Source: Eledone cirrhosa
Taxonomy: Eukaryota
Length of the DNA: 64,000 nucleotides
Reading direction: 5' to 3'
Assembly (NCBI GenBank): GCA_964016885.1
Contig: OZ024740.1
Location: forward strand, 321,532,001 to 321,596,000
Shown piece by piece: positions 1 through 13,589 of this stretch. Every line of letters starts with the position of its first letter. Position 1 is the stretch's first letter. The notes below the pieces were generated by a model, which did not search any database, was not told the origin of the DNA, and saw only the letters and a list, made by a program, of their open reading frames with translations. The translations under genes and the position numbers were made by a program.

Positions 1-217
1 AATGGCAAAATAGTTTGTCTGCTTGCATAACCAAATGGTTGATGTCATCATATCTTCATACTTAGAAAGATTGTTAATGAGGAACACAGAAAGGTTAGTC
101 TGCTGGTACACCTTTCCAAGTAATACTTAACTACAATAACGGAAGGTAAAGAATGCTATGACTAAATTCACCGACAGCAGTTGAACAGTAAATTGAAATA
201 TCATAGACATTTGTATG

Positions 218-306
<89 letters not shown>

Positions 307-470
307 TGTGTCCCCAAAAATGTATACATACTTCAACACCATTCTAATAAATATTGCCTGTGCAGGTAATCAAAGTGTGTATACATTTTTGGGGTACAGC
401 CTGTATATATATATCCTGATGATTTCTCCCGAATTAAACAGTTCTAGTCATGTAGAAACCATTTCTATAT

Positions 471-518
<48 letters not shown>

Positions 519-1734
519 TAAGTATGTGCATATACATATCTGTATATATACACATATATGCATAGATATCTATGCATATACTTATATATGCATACGTATA
601 TACATTAACACATATACACATATATGCATTAAAACACTACTACAGCCGTGGCTCGAAGGTTTTATATATATATATGTAGTCGTGAGCAGACACAAAACTC
701 CTCTCAATCGTCACTCCTTTGACTTAGCAATACATCCAGGATGTGACAGTTGAGAAAGGAGAGGCCTGCATCTGCACTGGACTAGTACTTTCTTTATTGA
801 TCTCGAAAGGATAGAAAGCGATGTGGAGCTCAGTGGGATTAAAAATCAGAATGCAGAGACCCGGAAGAAACAAATATGCAACGCTCTCACAACTCTGCCA
901 AAATCGACTGCCTTAACAGACACACATATAGATACGTACAAACATAGGTACACACACACACAAACACACACACATATATATATATAGAATTCTAACATTA
1001 TATAGCATTCAGTTTCCGTTAGAGTAATCAATTAATTTCAGTAACTGGATGTTACAATCCCTATATATATATATATATATATATAAATGGAAAAAATGAA
1101 ATTTCATTTCTCACTCTTAGTACGGCTGATACTTAAATATAAGTATGTACACGTACATATATATATATGTATACAGACGTACAGTAGTATGTATATACAT
1201 ACATACATGCACACATATATATATATGTACGTATGGGTTTACCGAACATTTATTAAAATGCTCGGTTTGTTTGTAAACAGCCCGAATTATTAGCCATACA
1301 GTGTTCGGCAACCATCGTTGCCATTTTGTTCAACACTTATATATGCAATGAAGGAAGTGTGGTAAGGAACCAGGTGGACCATAACGGACCAGAGTACTCG
1401 ATACTTTCTGGAGTCCAGAAATAGCCGTCGAAACGGCTTGAGCTCTGCCGTCGGGGTCCTATATATATATGAAACCATATACGATATGGTTATGTATAAT
1501 AAAAATACGATAGTTTCGCTACACACATGCACACATATAAACAGTATATATATATATTATATACACACTATGTATATATATATATACACATATATATATA
1601 TATCATATGTACGTATATGAAAGCATATACAATATATTTATGTATAATAAGCATACGAGTCTCTATGAATCTTTTTTAAAAGCTGTTAGTGCCACTTCTA
1701 AATATTTCCCTTATTCATTATTGTTTCACCGTTT

Positions 1735-1960
1735 GAAGCAGGTGAATTGGCAGAATCATTAAGAACGTTGGACAGGATGATTTGCAGCATTCACTTATGT
1801 ATTTTTACGTCCTGAGTTCAAATCCCTTCCGAGATCAACTTTACCTTTTATCCTTCCGAAATTGATAAAATGAAGTACCGGTCTAGCACAGGGGTCGATA
1901 TAATCGACTTTCTCTTCTCCAACAATATTTTTGGCCTTGTAGCTTTTATTAGAAACCTTT
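1735..1960 (+). mobile_element. Main-family SINE (diverged)
   Basis: A/B boxes, central domain and 3' end are recognisable. A related minus-strand copy lies at ~690-913. Confidence 0.75.
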
Positions 1961-2762
1961 ATTTTCCCCTTGTTTAATTAATTACGTTCAGGCCCTACTT
2001 AACATCATTATAGACCCCTGAGCAAAGCAATGCATTTACCCCCCCCCCCCCCCCCCCACCCGTCCTTACATACAAAAACCTCGAATCATTGGCAGCAAAC
2101 TATTGCTTAGATTAACATTGGGTCCCTATATGCACAGTTCTGAGAAACTGGTAGCAAGCCACAGTTTTCATAGATTAGCATTGGGTCTCTAGACCTGCGA
2201 AACACTCGGGCAACTGCCCAATGTGATCATGCCACAAGACGGCCATGGTTATAGTAAGCTCACTCTAATATTTTCTCGTTCGATACGGAGTATTCAACTG
2301 AATAAACTGCAACACACGAATAAATAATTTCACCTTTAGACATTTACGTTTGAATAATTTGTCTTGAAACTCTTTGAAAACACATGTTGAAGAATGTGAT
2401 GAATGTAAGCTGCCAACAGATACACTAAAGATGGGCAAATACTGTGACTATTGAGAAAAATAAAACTAGTTTGAATACGAGAACACTAACACTAATAAGC
2501 TATAGTTGTTTCGTTAAAAAACATCTGAAATAACTTATGAACCACTGTTAATATGAGAACTAGGTCAAAGCCAAATGGAGAGTGTTTCTGGAGGAGGGGG
2601 GAGGGTGTACACACACACACACATATATATACACATATATACATATATATATATATATCCATATATATATACATACATATATATATATTATACACACACA
2701 CACACACACATATATATACATATATATACATACATATATATATATTATACATATATATATTC

Positions 2763-2854
<92 letters not shown>

Positions 2855-2880
2855 ACACATACATATATATACATAAATTC

Positions 2881-2938
<58 letters not shown>

Positions 2939-3331
2939 CAAACAAACGAAATCGGGTTTTGCGATATTTCACAATGAAATAAGTGTAAGTGACGAAAGCT
3001 AAAATGTTACTTTGAGAGGTTTTAAAAATAAACCAAGCTACAATGTAATCAGTCTTACAAACGTTGACATCTGAATGAGTAAATAAACTAGCGAGAAAAT
3101 CATCACAAATAACAAAAGATAGTATATCTAGCGAAACGTTTTGAAATTGATGTTCTTTTTATTCTTTAATTCTGTTACTGATTTCAGCCTTTAAACTACG
3201 GCCAGGCTGGAGACTCGCCTTAGAGTAGATCATATCAACCCCAGTATTTATGTTTTTCAAATCTGGCACATATTTTATAGATGTCTTTTTGTCGAACAGG
3301 CACAAACGTACACACACACACACATGCACAC

Positions 3332-3524
3332 CAAACCTGCCAACCTCTAAAAACCCAAACTGGAAGAACCATGAAAAAGTGCCCCAAAACGGGGAGAAAT
3401 GAGGCAAAATGGGGAGATTTTACATAATGAAAGCTATACCCATTTTCACAAGAGAAGGCATCTCTCACCCACCCCAAAGTGGGTGGGAAATCTCCCCTTC
3501 GGGCGTGGAGAGTTGACAGGTCTG
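3332..3524. mobile_element. hAT-like MITE
   Basis: TIRs caaacctgccaac / gttgacaggtctg. TSD is degenerate. Confidence 0.55.
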
Positions 3525-3592
3525 ACATACACACACAAATACGATGGGCTTCACATTCTCCGTCAAACAAATTCCACTCACAAAGCACTGGT

Positions 3593-3687
<95 letters not shown>

Positions 3688-3689
3688 TA

Positions 3690-4738
3690 AACAAAAACAA
3701 GAAGGAATCCTATTTGAAACGTGCACTACTTGACACCGAGATTGCACTCAAACTTTCCCATGAAAATGAGAGGGCAAAGAAAGAAAGCAGGGCCATAGAA
3801 AATATTAAAACAGACCCTAAGGCCTTCTTTAAATGTGCAAAAGAAACTGCCTCGGTACACTGCAAGATTGGGCCACTCTTCCATACAGACGGTTTATTAA
3901 CCGAGAATCCCCAAGAGATAAGTGAAATACTGAACGAACAGTACAAAAGTGTGTTCACATGTCCACTGAGGCACATGCAAATAACAAAGCCAGAGGAGTT
4001 CTTTGATGCCACACCACTACATGAAGAAATGGCGACCATCAACCAGATAGACATAACGGAGGAGGATGTGGTATACGCCATAGATGAAATTAGAACAGAC
4101 TCAGCTGCTGGACCTGATGGATTCCCAGCAGTCCTCTTAAAAACATGTAAGCGGGCCTTAGCAACTCCACTGAAGACGCTCTTCAGAAGCTCCTTGGCTA
4201 GCGGTATACTACCCAGAGAGCTGAAAGAAGGCACAATATGCCCTATCCATAAAGGAGGTAGCAGAGCGAAGGCCAAAAACTATAGGCCAGTCTCTCTGAG
4301 GTCACATATCAGTAAGGTCATGGAGCGAGTCATCAGAAAGAAACTGATCACTTTCCTCGAGGAAAATGACCGCCTGACTAGCACGCAGCATGGCTTTCGC
4401 CCAAGAAGAAGCTGCCTTACACAGCTGCTACATCACTACGACTGGATACTGAAATAACTGCTAGACAGCTCACATGTGGACGTGATATATCTTGACTTTG
4501 CGAAGGCCTTTGACAAGGTCGACCACGGAATGATATGTCACAAACTACACGGACTCGGCATAACTGGAAAAGTAGGTGAGTGGCTGCACGACTTCTTAAA
4601 GGACAGAAGCCTGACAGTCGCAGCAAACGGGGCCCTCTCAAAAGAAACACAAATAACAAGTGGGATGCCCCAAGGCACAGTCCTGGGACCACTACTGATT
4701 TTGGTGGCTCTCTCAGACATGCCCTCTGTAGTACATAC
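3690..4738 (+). mobile_element. CR1-like LINE reverse-transcriptase fragment
   Basis: AAGPDG, NYRPVSL, QHGFRPRRSCLTQLL, DVIYLDFAKAFDKVDH, SGMPQGTVLGPLL. One in-frame stop. Confidence 0.88.
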
Positions 4739-4829
4739 AAACTATATATCAACTGCAATAGTTATATAGTAGAAACTATATATTTACAACCCAATAGTTA
4801 TGAATCAGCCAACTCGCCATCATTTCCCC

Positions 4830-5215
4830 CTAGGCGTACTTGGACCCCGTACAGTCAAGCTCCTCCGCAAGATCGTAACGACGGCGGCCCGTGTGAGGAA
4901 GGAGCCCCGCGAGGTGGGGTAGCTGTTGTAGCGTGTGTCGCTGGCCATTGTCCGTGGGAATGCTTTTGTCTTCTTGTCCGCGGGACGCAGCCTCTCTACC
5001 GCTGGCTGGCTCAGAGCTCATTCATCCTCCCCCGTTTCACCACCCAATTCTTCTGTGACACTAAAGATCTTGCCATTCCCACCCCTTCCCGTTTTTTTCT
5101 TTTTTCTTTTTCTCTTTAAATTTTCCTATTTTATATTGCATTCTTCTCAATCTAAATTTTCTTTTTTTTGTTTCTATTAAGCTGTATTTTCATGATATTC
5201 CCCATAAATAAAAAG
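4830..5215 (+). mobile_element. CRE-like RLE LINE, 3' fragment
   Basis: Translates LGVLGPRTVKLL...EPRE...RVSLAIVRGNAF, the C-terminal motif of CRE-type elements. Confidence 0.65.
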
Positions 5216-5911
5216 AAACGTTTGTTGTATAAGTTTACACATATATGGTATATAAGACATATCATTTATAGTTTGAAAGTCAGAGATCTTGCTGGTTTAG
5301 TGATCTCTCATTACTGCTGTAACTTATTCCATAGAACCATACAATGCAGATTAAAAAACACTGAGGAAATCATAGGTTAACAAGAGAATCTCCATGCCGT
5401 TGCTCGATCACGTGGAAATAATAGTCACACCTCTATTAAATTACATCCTGACGTCTTTAAACAATAAGAAAATCCCACGTTGGATAAGGTTGAGTGGGCA
5501 GGAGTAACTCGTAATAAAATATCATGCTGAAGGACACAAAGTGCCACTGGGAATCGAACTCCTTACGAAAGGTAGAAAAGTGTTCTCAGTAAACTTTATA
5601 ATAGCATCATGTTAAAGTGTAGCAATGTAACTACATACGCACTTAATTTACCAGAGCAATCCGGTTGAGTATCAAGAGGAAGTGAATTTGTTATGTCATT
5701 TCTACGTAGTTTCTATTTAAACCAACGAAACAACTGAACATTCGAGAAAAACATGGATACACAACAATTATTATAACAATTACTAGGGTGAATGGCCCGG
5801 CGTTGCTCTAGGGCTCTTATATATTTGATATATAATTATCCTTATCGAGCCTCGTGAAATAAATACGTTTGTTTATATTTTGTTATTGTGTATGCAAAAA
5901 TATCTGTACAC

Positions 5912-5961
<50 letters not shown>

Positions 5962-6744
5962 ACCCCCTAACGATCCGGGCTGAAACACCCCACTTGCCGA
6001 ATAAGATAGGGGAAACCCCAGCTTACATAAGTAGATATACCTCTTTTCTTTTCCTCTATGTTTTCTTCTTCCCTTCGTCTCCTCCTATCACTTCCTTCCA
6101 CCACCGATCTCCTTCCTCGTTCTTTTTTTTCCCCTTTCGCCTACCCCGAGGCAGCCCATCGGGCCTCTGTAGCCTCAGTACCCCCACCCCTGTAACTTAA
6201 AGATAGCATTGCCCGAATACGCTGTACTAACTAATCATAGCAGCTGTGTTAGATCCCAGAGATTTTATATTACTTTTTACTACCCAATTCTACAATTTCA
6301 ATAATTCTTATTTAGTATCTTCTATTCTCAACCCATTCTATAGCATTGGCCGAAAAAGCAACACCAACTAAACATAGCAGCTGTTTTAGACTCTATAGTT
6401 TTTGTTTTTTATCACTTCTTACTATCCAATTTTATATTTTTATATATCTTTCTCTTATTTTTTTATTGGCTCCTAATCTCAATTGATTTACTCATTCTAT
6501 AACGTCCCTCCTCTATTTTCTCTAGAAACCTTTTTTCGCCTACCTCCTCTGGCCTACTTTCATACACAATCCTTAGAATTTGCCGTATAGATTTCACTTT
6601 CAACGCTTGACCCACTCCCTCATTGTTCTACAGGTAAGTTCAGCCACGCCCACCACCTACCCACTGCCATGATAGACTTATTTGTGTTTACAACAAATTT
6701 TGACCAATCCTCTTGACAACTACAATCTTCCCATATAAGGAAGT

Positions 6745-6840
6745 ACCCCTTGAAAAGTTCGGCTATTTATTTACCAGGCTAACAATTCTAATTTAGTCCA
6801 GAAATAGCCGTCGAAACGGCTTGAGCTCTGCTGTCGGGGT
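6745..6840 (+). ncRNA. Type-I hammerhead motif with TTGAAAA (U3/A8) core
   Basis: acccc-TTGAAAA-g-tt-cggctattt...aaatagccg-t-c-GAAA-cggc-ttgagctct-gctg-TC^-ggggt. Confidence 0.62.
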
Positions 6841-7000
6841 CATACTTTTTCCTATATATATATATATATATATATACGGAAAAAATGAAACGAAATTTCA
6901 TTTACCACTCTTAGTACGGCTGTTACTTAAATATAAGTATGTACACGTACATACATATATGTATACAGACGTACAGTAGTATGTATATATATATACATAC

Positions 7001-7277
7001 ATGACCAACCAGTTGAGCTTAATTTCATTCCTCTTATCCACCCATGTCCAACCAGTTGAGCTGGATTTCATTCCTCTAACCCACCAATGACTAACCAGTT
7101 GAGTGGGATTTCATTCCTCTAACCCACAAATGACCAACCAGTTGAGCTAGAGTTCATTCCTCTAACCCACCCATGTCCAACCAGTTGAGCGAGATTTCAT
7201 TCCTTTACCTCACTCATGCCCAACCAATTGAGCGAGATTTCATTCCTTTACCCAACTCATGCCAAGCCAGTTGAGCG
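7001..7277. repeat. Minisatellite, ~42-bp unit, ~6.5 copies
   Basis: Unit approximately atg(a/t)ccaaccagttgagc..gatttcattcctctaacccaccc. Confidence 0.9.
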
Positions 7278-7847
7278 TGAAGTAATAATTGGTCGATCAT
7301 GGAGTGATGCTCTATATATGTATATATACAGAAAGGATAAATATATAACTATTCTTGATGATAAAGAATTGTTTCGAAAATTAACATTTTTAACATATTA
7401 TAAATAACATTTATAACAAAGCCAGATGAAATGATTGCATTACAATACAAAAATAAAAATACAGCAAACAAAACTCTTCAATTCTTTCTTTTAGAATCAA
7501 ACTAGCTTTGAGGTTAATTCAGTTTCCCCAAAATCTTACACATTTTTCAAACATTAAAGATAAGCCTGTATTCCACTTCATTCTGTTTACTTATATTTTA
7601 TATTATATACAAATCTATAGAGCCTAACTACGTTCATTAAAATTCACTTATAACATAGGTTAGTTCTATAATACTCCATAATTGGTACTTGTGAGACTTG
7701 TGAGACTTGTGAAACACGTCTCCGGATGATGGAAAGAAGCATTTATATACATAAAACATCTAATATTTAATTTTAATGGAATTTTAATTTTGACGCTACT
7801 TTTTAAATTGACCATTAATTAACTCACTACTCTGAATATATATATAT

Positions 7848-7908
<61 letters not shown>

Positions 7909-7917
7909 CACATACAT

Positions 7918-7996
<79 letters not shown>

Positions 7997-8013
7997 TATA
8001 TACACACACACAC

Positions 8014-8044
<31 letters not shown>

Positions 8045-8084
8045 TATATATATACATATATATATACATATATATATAGCTTGA

Positions 8085-8129
<45 letters not shown>

Positions 8130-8229
8130 GTTTCCTTTCTCCCGGGAAATATAGTTAAAGGAAGTAACGTAGAGAGTCAACGATAAAGCCACATTATAGC
8201 GGGTTATTAAGAAAAGTAGTTTTACTTAC

Positions 8230-8295
8230 TGTTTGTAAGACGAAAGTCACGGAAGCTATTCTCCGTACATACTTGTTGAAACGGAGTTCAAAATA
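8230..8295 (-). CDS. Second coding exon of the SLC5A8-like transporter (YFELRFNKYVRRIASVTFVLQT)
   Basis: Not in the ORF track. Minus strand reads ttttctatttcag|TATTTTGAACTCCGTTTC...TTACAAACA|gtaagt. 66 nt, phase 0/0. Continues exon 1 with the conserved YLELRF motif. Confidence 0.9.
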
Positions 8296-8465
8296 CTGAA
8301 ATAGAAAACACAAGTTACGAATTACTATGAATAATTATAATCAATTTAGTGTGTTAACTGGCTTACCAATGTATACAGTGAGTTTATTTGCTATAGGTAT
8401 CAAGAAGATACTCGGCATATAACGGAAACAATACTGAAGGAAAAAGGAAAAAACAATAATAATAA

Positions 8466-8676
8466 TGATTTCTGCTATACGCACAAGGCCAACAATTTGG
8501 GAGAGGGGAAAGTCGATCAAATCAACACCAGTGCATTACTGGTGCTTTATTTGATCGATCCCGTTAGGATGAAAGCCAAAGTTAACCTCGGCAGGATTTG
8601 AACTCAAAACGCAAAGGGCCATAACTCGATGTTGTAAAGAATGGTGTCTGACGCTTTACTGATACTGCCAATCCAC
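8466..8676 (-). mobile_element. Main-family SINE
   Basis: Diverged copy with an (ATT)n tail. Confidence 0.8.
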
Positions 8677-8685
8677 TAATAAAAA

Positions 8686-9160
8686 TGTGAGAGAATGACA
8701 AAGCAACCATTCTCTCGGATATGCCAATACATACAGACAGAGAGATCAAGGCCAACCAACCAGATATAGCCAAAGACCACAAATAAAATGTCTTCTAATA
8801 GATGTATCTATCCCCACAGACGACAATATATCTTCCAAGGAAATAAAGAAACTCTCCAAATATAAAGATCTAGAGATAGAAATAACTCGAATGTGGAAAA
8901 TGAAAACAGAAAAAATACCTATAATAATAGATGCTCTAGGAATGATAAAAAAAAAATACACAGACAAATACATAGCCAAAACTGCAGGACTTACAAATAA
9001 ATACAACATACAAAAGATAGCACGACTAGGCACTGCACACATATTACAAAAAGTACTATCAGTACAATAGAAACAACATCAGCAAAAACTACACTGCTCA
9101 TACCCAAGGCGCACAGAGCTGTGCTCGGTAAAGCAGTAATGATACGCAATAAAAAATAAT
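8686..9160 (+). mobile_element. R4/Dong-like family 2, 3' fragment
   Basis: Homologous to 14985-15465. Confidence 0.8.
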
Positions 9161-9175
9161 AGTGGAAATAATAAT

Positions 9176-9586
9176 GATTTCTTTATTAACCACAAGGGTT
9201 TACATAAAGTAGACATTAAGGACAGTGCAGGACAATACAGGACGGTACAAATGGGCATTTCTGCGTGTAAAAAACAAAAACAGAGGATGTAACAAAAAAT
9301 AACAATGAAAAATTCCCCAATAGGGGGGAGACTTCGGAGGGATATTTGTGGAGAAAGCCCAGTAAAAGGCCACAATGACCCTGACCACCAAGGCAAGTGC
9401 CCTCTCCCAGTTTTCCACCTTTAATTTACAGATATATACTCAGAGTAGGCCCATTCACTCGGGCCATTCTTGCTTCTCTCACCCATCTTTCAACAAAATG
9501 CTGGGAAGAGAGCACTTCCCTCTCTACTCTGATTTGCCTTTTCAAATGAAATTTGAAAAAGTCAATCAGAGCATCACCGAAGAGGA
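9176..9586 (-). mobile_element. Short 3' fragment of a Tx1 family-A-related LINE
   Basis: Diverged match to the ORF2 end and 3' UTR of family A, flanked by AAT repeats. Confidence 0.8.
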
Positions 9587-9614
9587 AATAATAATAATAA
9601 TAATGATAATAATA

Positions 9615-9910
9615 AAAATTAACCGATACCAGGACTTAAAGTGGGAGGTAAAAAGGATTTGGAACTGCCATGAAGTCAAAGTGGTCCCGATTGTCATAGG
9701 CGCACTAGATACTATCTCAAAGAGTTTCCAGAGATGGTTAAAGAAAATTGGCCCCGCCCCGCTTTTTGGAACACTTCAAAAGGCATGCTTGCTGGGAACA
9801 GCAAGAACCCTCCGATACGTCCTGAATATCTGAGGCTGCAGGTAGTGGCTTGATATTCATTTCAACAAACTTTCCAGTTAACTAACATCAATGACTGAGA
9901 CTCAAAGAAC
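9615..9910 (+). mobile_element. R4/Dong-like family 1, short 3' fragment
   Basis: Near-identical to 10615-10890 and bounded by AAT repeats. Confidence 0.85.
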
Positions 9911-9939
9911 AATAATAATAATAATAATAATAATTTTAG

Positions 9940-10890
9940 ATGGAGAAAAACAACCTACACAAATACATGACTGATAGTAGGGAGCCAATGCTCAGAATTG
10001 TACTGAAGGAGAGGACAATAGACCAGAGGATGTCCAAGGAGGAAATAACAACAAGGATAAAGAGCAACCTTCATGAAAAATCCCTTCATAGTACCTTCTT
10101 TGAGAAAACTGAATTCAGAGATCCACAGATATGGAACTGGTTGAAAAGAGGAGACCTTAAAAAGGCTACAGAAGGAATGCTAATGGCTGCGCAAGAGCAG
10201 GCCCTCAAAACGAAGTGGCTGAAACACCATATTTACAAGGAGGAGGCTAGCCCACTGTGTAGGATCTGTGGAGAGAGAGAGAGGAGACTGTGGCTCACAT
10301 TGTATTTGAGTGTAAACACCTAGCCTAGACTCACTATAAAGGCTGGAGACATGATGTGATGGGCAGGGTGATCCACTGGCACCTATGAAAAGTAAACAAT
10401 TTACCACATTCTGAGAAGTGGTATGAGCATAAGCCAGAGTCGGTGATAGAAAACGATCAGGTGAAGGTGCTGTGGGATTTTAGGATACAGACGGACAAGA
10501 AACTGGAACACAATAGACCTGACCTGGTGGTTTTGGACAAGGAAAAAAGATCGTGCCTGATTGTGGATGTAGCCTGCCCATTCGACACGAGAGTGCAAGA
10601 GAAGGAGAGGGAGAAAATTAACCGATCCCAGGACTTAAAGTGGGAGGTAAAAAGGATTTGGAACTGCCATGAAGTCAAAGTGGTCCCAATTGTCATAGGC
10701 GCACTAGGTACTATCTCAAAAAGAAAATTGGCCCCGCCACGCTTTTTGGAACGCTTCAAAAGGCATGCTTGCTGGGAACAGCAAGAACCCTCCGATACGT
10801 CCTGAATATCTGAGGCTGCAGGTAGTGGCTTGATATTCATTTCAACAAACTTTCCAGTTAACTAACACCAATGACTGAGACTCAAAGAAC
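9940..10890 (+). mobile_element. R4/Dong-like RLE LINE, 3' part (family 1)
   Basis: AAQEQAL...CRICG zinc finger, HNRPDLVV...IVDVACP restriction-like endonuclease, VVPIVIGALG. Ends in (AAT)n. Confidence 0.88.
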
Positions 10891-10949
<59 letters not shown>

Positions 10950-10952
<3 letters not shown>

Positions 10953-12943
10953 TATCTTTATTGGCCACAAGGGCTGATATCAAGAAAAACATTACAGACG
11001 GCACAGGACGGTACAGGACGGTACGATGTGGGTTTTGTGCGTGTAAATATTTTTATTATTTATATAAGAAAAGAAAAAAAAAGACATAGAAACATATATA
11101 TAAACAATAAAAATGAAAATTGAAACAATGAAAAATTCCCCAATAGGGGGGAAACCTCCGAGGGTTACTCGTGGCGAAAACCACACAAAAGACCACGGCC
11201 ACCCGACCACCTCAATTTTTCCATCCCTCAAACTATAGACGTATATTCAGAGCGGTCCCGTTCACTCGGACCATTCTCGCTACATTCACCCACCTTTCAA
11301 CAAACTTGCTAGAAGGAAGCACTTACCTCTCCACCCTGATTTTCCTCTTCAAGTGAAACTTGAAAAAGTTAATTAGGGATTCGCCTAAGAGGAAAGTGTC
11401 TGTCTTTAACCCTTTCAACCTTGTCCACCACACATTCTCTTTCGCCATGGCCACTAGGCAGATGAAAACCGCCTGCCCTTCCTCCTCGAAGGAAGACGGC
11501 GAGACCATCTGCACAATGGACTCAGTCGATAACCGGATCAGTCCTACACGCGACAGCAACTGTTCGACATAGCTCCACAAGTCAGCAATGCTCGGGCACT
11601 GAACGAGTGCGTGCACAACGGTTTCGTCGCTATGCGCGCATCTCAGACAGGCTCGGCTGACGGCACTTCCGTGCCTGTAGAGCTTATCTCGAACCGGCAG
11701 CGCTCCCCGGTAGCACTGCCAGGCCAGGGATTTTTGGAAGTTATCCATAGGCCTCGGGCTGAAAGTTCTCCGGAAGAGAGCAAGCAGCTGATCTTCTTCG
11801 ACGCCCAGGATCTCTCCGAGAACGTCGTCGCTCTTCCCCTCCACAAGTCCTCTATAGAACGCCGAGGTGGATGTTCCACCGATACTGGTGCCCAGCTGGC
11901 AGAGGGCAGTGAGCGCCTGGAGACATTCCAGTTTCCAAGCGCTATCCCACGGTCTTTTTCTGACCCAGGACTGCAGCATCGTCAAGGAGACGAGCTGTGA
12001 GAAAACGTTCCTGGCGAACGGCGACTACACCTGTTCACCGTCAAGGAAGCACCAGAGATGTCGCAGCCTCAGCGCATGTTTGTGCATCATCAGCCATGGC
12101 ATGCCCAGTCCTCCACGCTACGGGCGTTGACAGCAGATGGATCGTCTGACCATGGGAGCGCGTCCCTTCCACAAAAAGCGGAAGAGGAGGCGCTCCAGTT
12201 TGGGTAGAGTTGGGCCGGGGCAAGTGACGACGGTGAGACGGTAGCAGATGACGGATGCGATGTACGCATTCGCCACCTCCGCCCGGCCTTTCAGGGACAG
12301 CTTCCTGTCGGCCCATTTCTGGGTGAGGAAGGCCACCTTGCTCGTCACCTCGTTCCAGTTTTTCTCCATCTGGAGGTCCGGTCCGAACCAGACCCCGAGC
12401 AATTTAACCGGTCCTTCCGTCCAACGCCCCACGACGCTGTCGGACGGCATGGACTTGTCTCTCCAGGTGCCGAGCTGCAAGCCCACCGACTTTTCCTGGT
12501 TTATCTTTGCTCCTGTCACCGCTTCGAATTCCTTGAGAGCGGTGCCGAGCATCTGGACGTGTCTGGTGCTCGACACCACCACGGTGACGTCATTGGCGTA
12601 AGCCGACTCGGATTTCCCGCATCCTAGTTCGCGTGGGACGCCCCTCATCGCCCCCAGTTTGTGCAGTAACGGCTCGAGAGCCAATACGTACTAGAGGGAC
12701 GAGAGGGGACAACCCTGGCAGACTGAACGCATGATGCTGAACGGCTGCGACAGGTGACTATTCACCCTCACAACCGAGCAGATGTCGCTGTACATCGCAG
12801 CGATCCAACGCCTGAAAACGGTCCCGAAACCGGCTGCCTCGAGGACCACCGCCAGGTACCGATGGTCGACCCTATCGAATGCTTTGGATTGATCCAAGTT
12901 GATCAGGGCCCCACCCGTGTCAGGTTCCTTAACCACCCTCTCT
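10950..12943 (-). mobile_element. 5'-truncated Tx1 family A copy
   Basis: Closely similar to 21550-23545 (RT C-terminal half plus 3' UTR). The 3' end abuts (AAT)n. Confidence 0.93.
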
Positions 12944-13129
12944 AATTTCTACTTTTGGCACAAGGCAGCAATTATCCAGTGCATTACTGGTACTTTATTT
13001 TATCGACCCCGTAAGGATCAAAGGCAAAGTTAACCTCGGCGGGATTTGAACACAGAATGGCAAGGGCCGTAACTCTATGCGTCAAAGCATGGCGTCCGAC
13101 CCTCTACCGATACTTCCAATCTACCGTCC

Positions 13130-13130
<1 letters not shown>
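12944..13130 (-). mobile_element. Main-family SINE abutting the truncated Tx1 copy
   Basis: Same consensus. A further partial copy lies at 13376-13530. Confidence 0.85.
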
Positions 13131-13191
<61 letters not shown>

Positions 13192-13194
<3 letters not shown>

Positions 13195-13360
13195 GAAAAT
13201 TCGCCCCGCCACGCTTTTTGGAACGCTTCAAAAGGCATGCTTGCTGGGAACAGCAAGAACCCTCCGATACGTCCTGAATATCTGAGGCTGCAGGTAGTGG
13301 CTCGATATTCATTTCAACAAACTTTCCAGTTAACTAACATCAATGACTGAGACTCAAAGA
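13192..13360 (+). mobile_element. R4/Dong-like family 1, short 3' fragment
   Basis: Same 3' UTR (ctgaggctgcaggtagtgg...gactcaaag) between AAT tracts. Confidence 0.85.
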
Positions 13361-13589
13361 ATAATAATAATAATAATTGTTTCTACGTTAGACACACAGC
13401 CAGCAATTCGGGGAGAGGGGAAAGTCGATTAAATTGACCCCAGTGCATTACTGGAGCTTTATTTATCCACCTCGTAAAGATGAAAGGCAAAGCTAACCTC
13501 GGCTGGGTTTGAACTCAGAATGTAAAGGACAATGATAATAATAATAATACAAAACAAAAACAATAATAATACAAAATCTTAACTGTAAT

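Noticed and set aside
60-125. Minus-strand YYLERCTSRLTFLCSSLTIFL, loosely resembling SLC5 exon 2
   Set aside because: Weak splice sites and poor motif match. The convincing exon is at 8230-8295.
127-2982. Many ORFs rich in YI, HT, CV or RE dipeptides, here and throughout the window
   Set aside because: They are translations of microsatellites, not genes.
5961-5995. acccc-CTAACGA...GAAA as a hammerhead or the 5' half of a split ribozyme
   Set aside because: The core is mutated with no helix III, and the 3' half at 6813-6840 is better explained by the local core at 6750.
7001-7277. Regular repeat array as a possible CRISPR
   Set aside because: No unique spacers, no cas genes and a eukaryotic context. 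It is a minisatellite.
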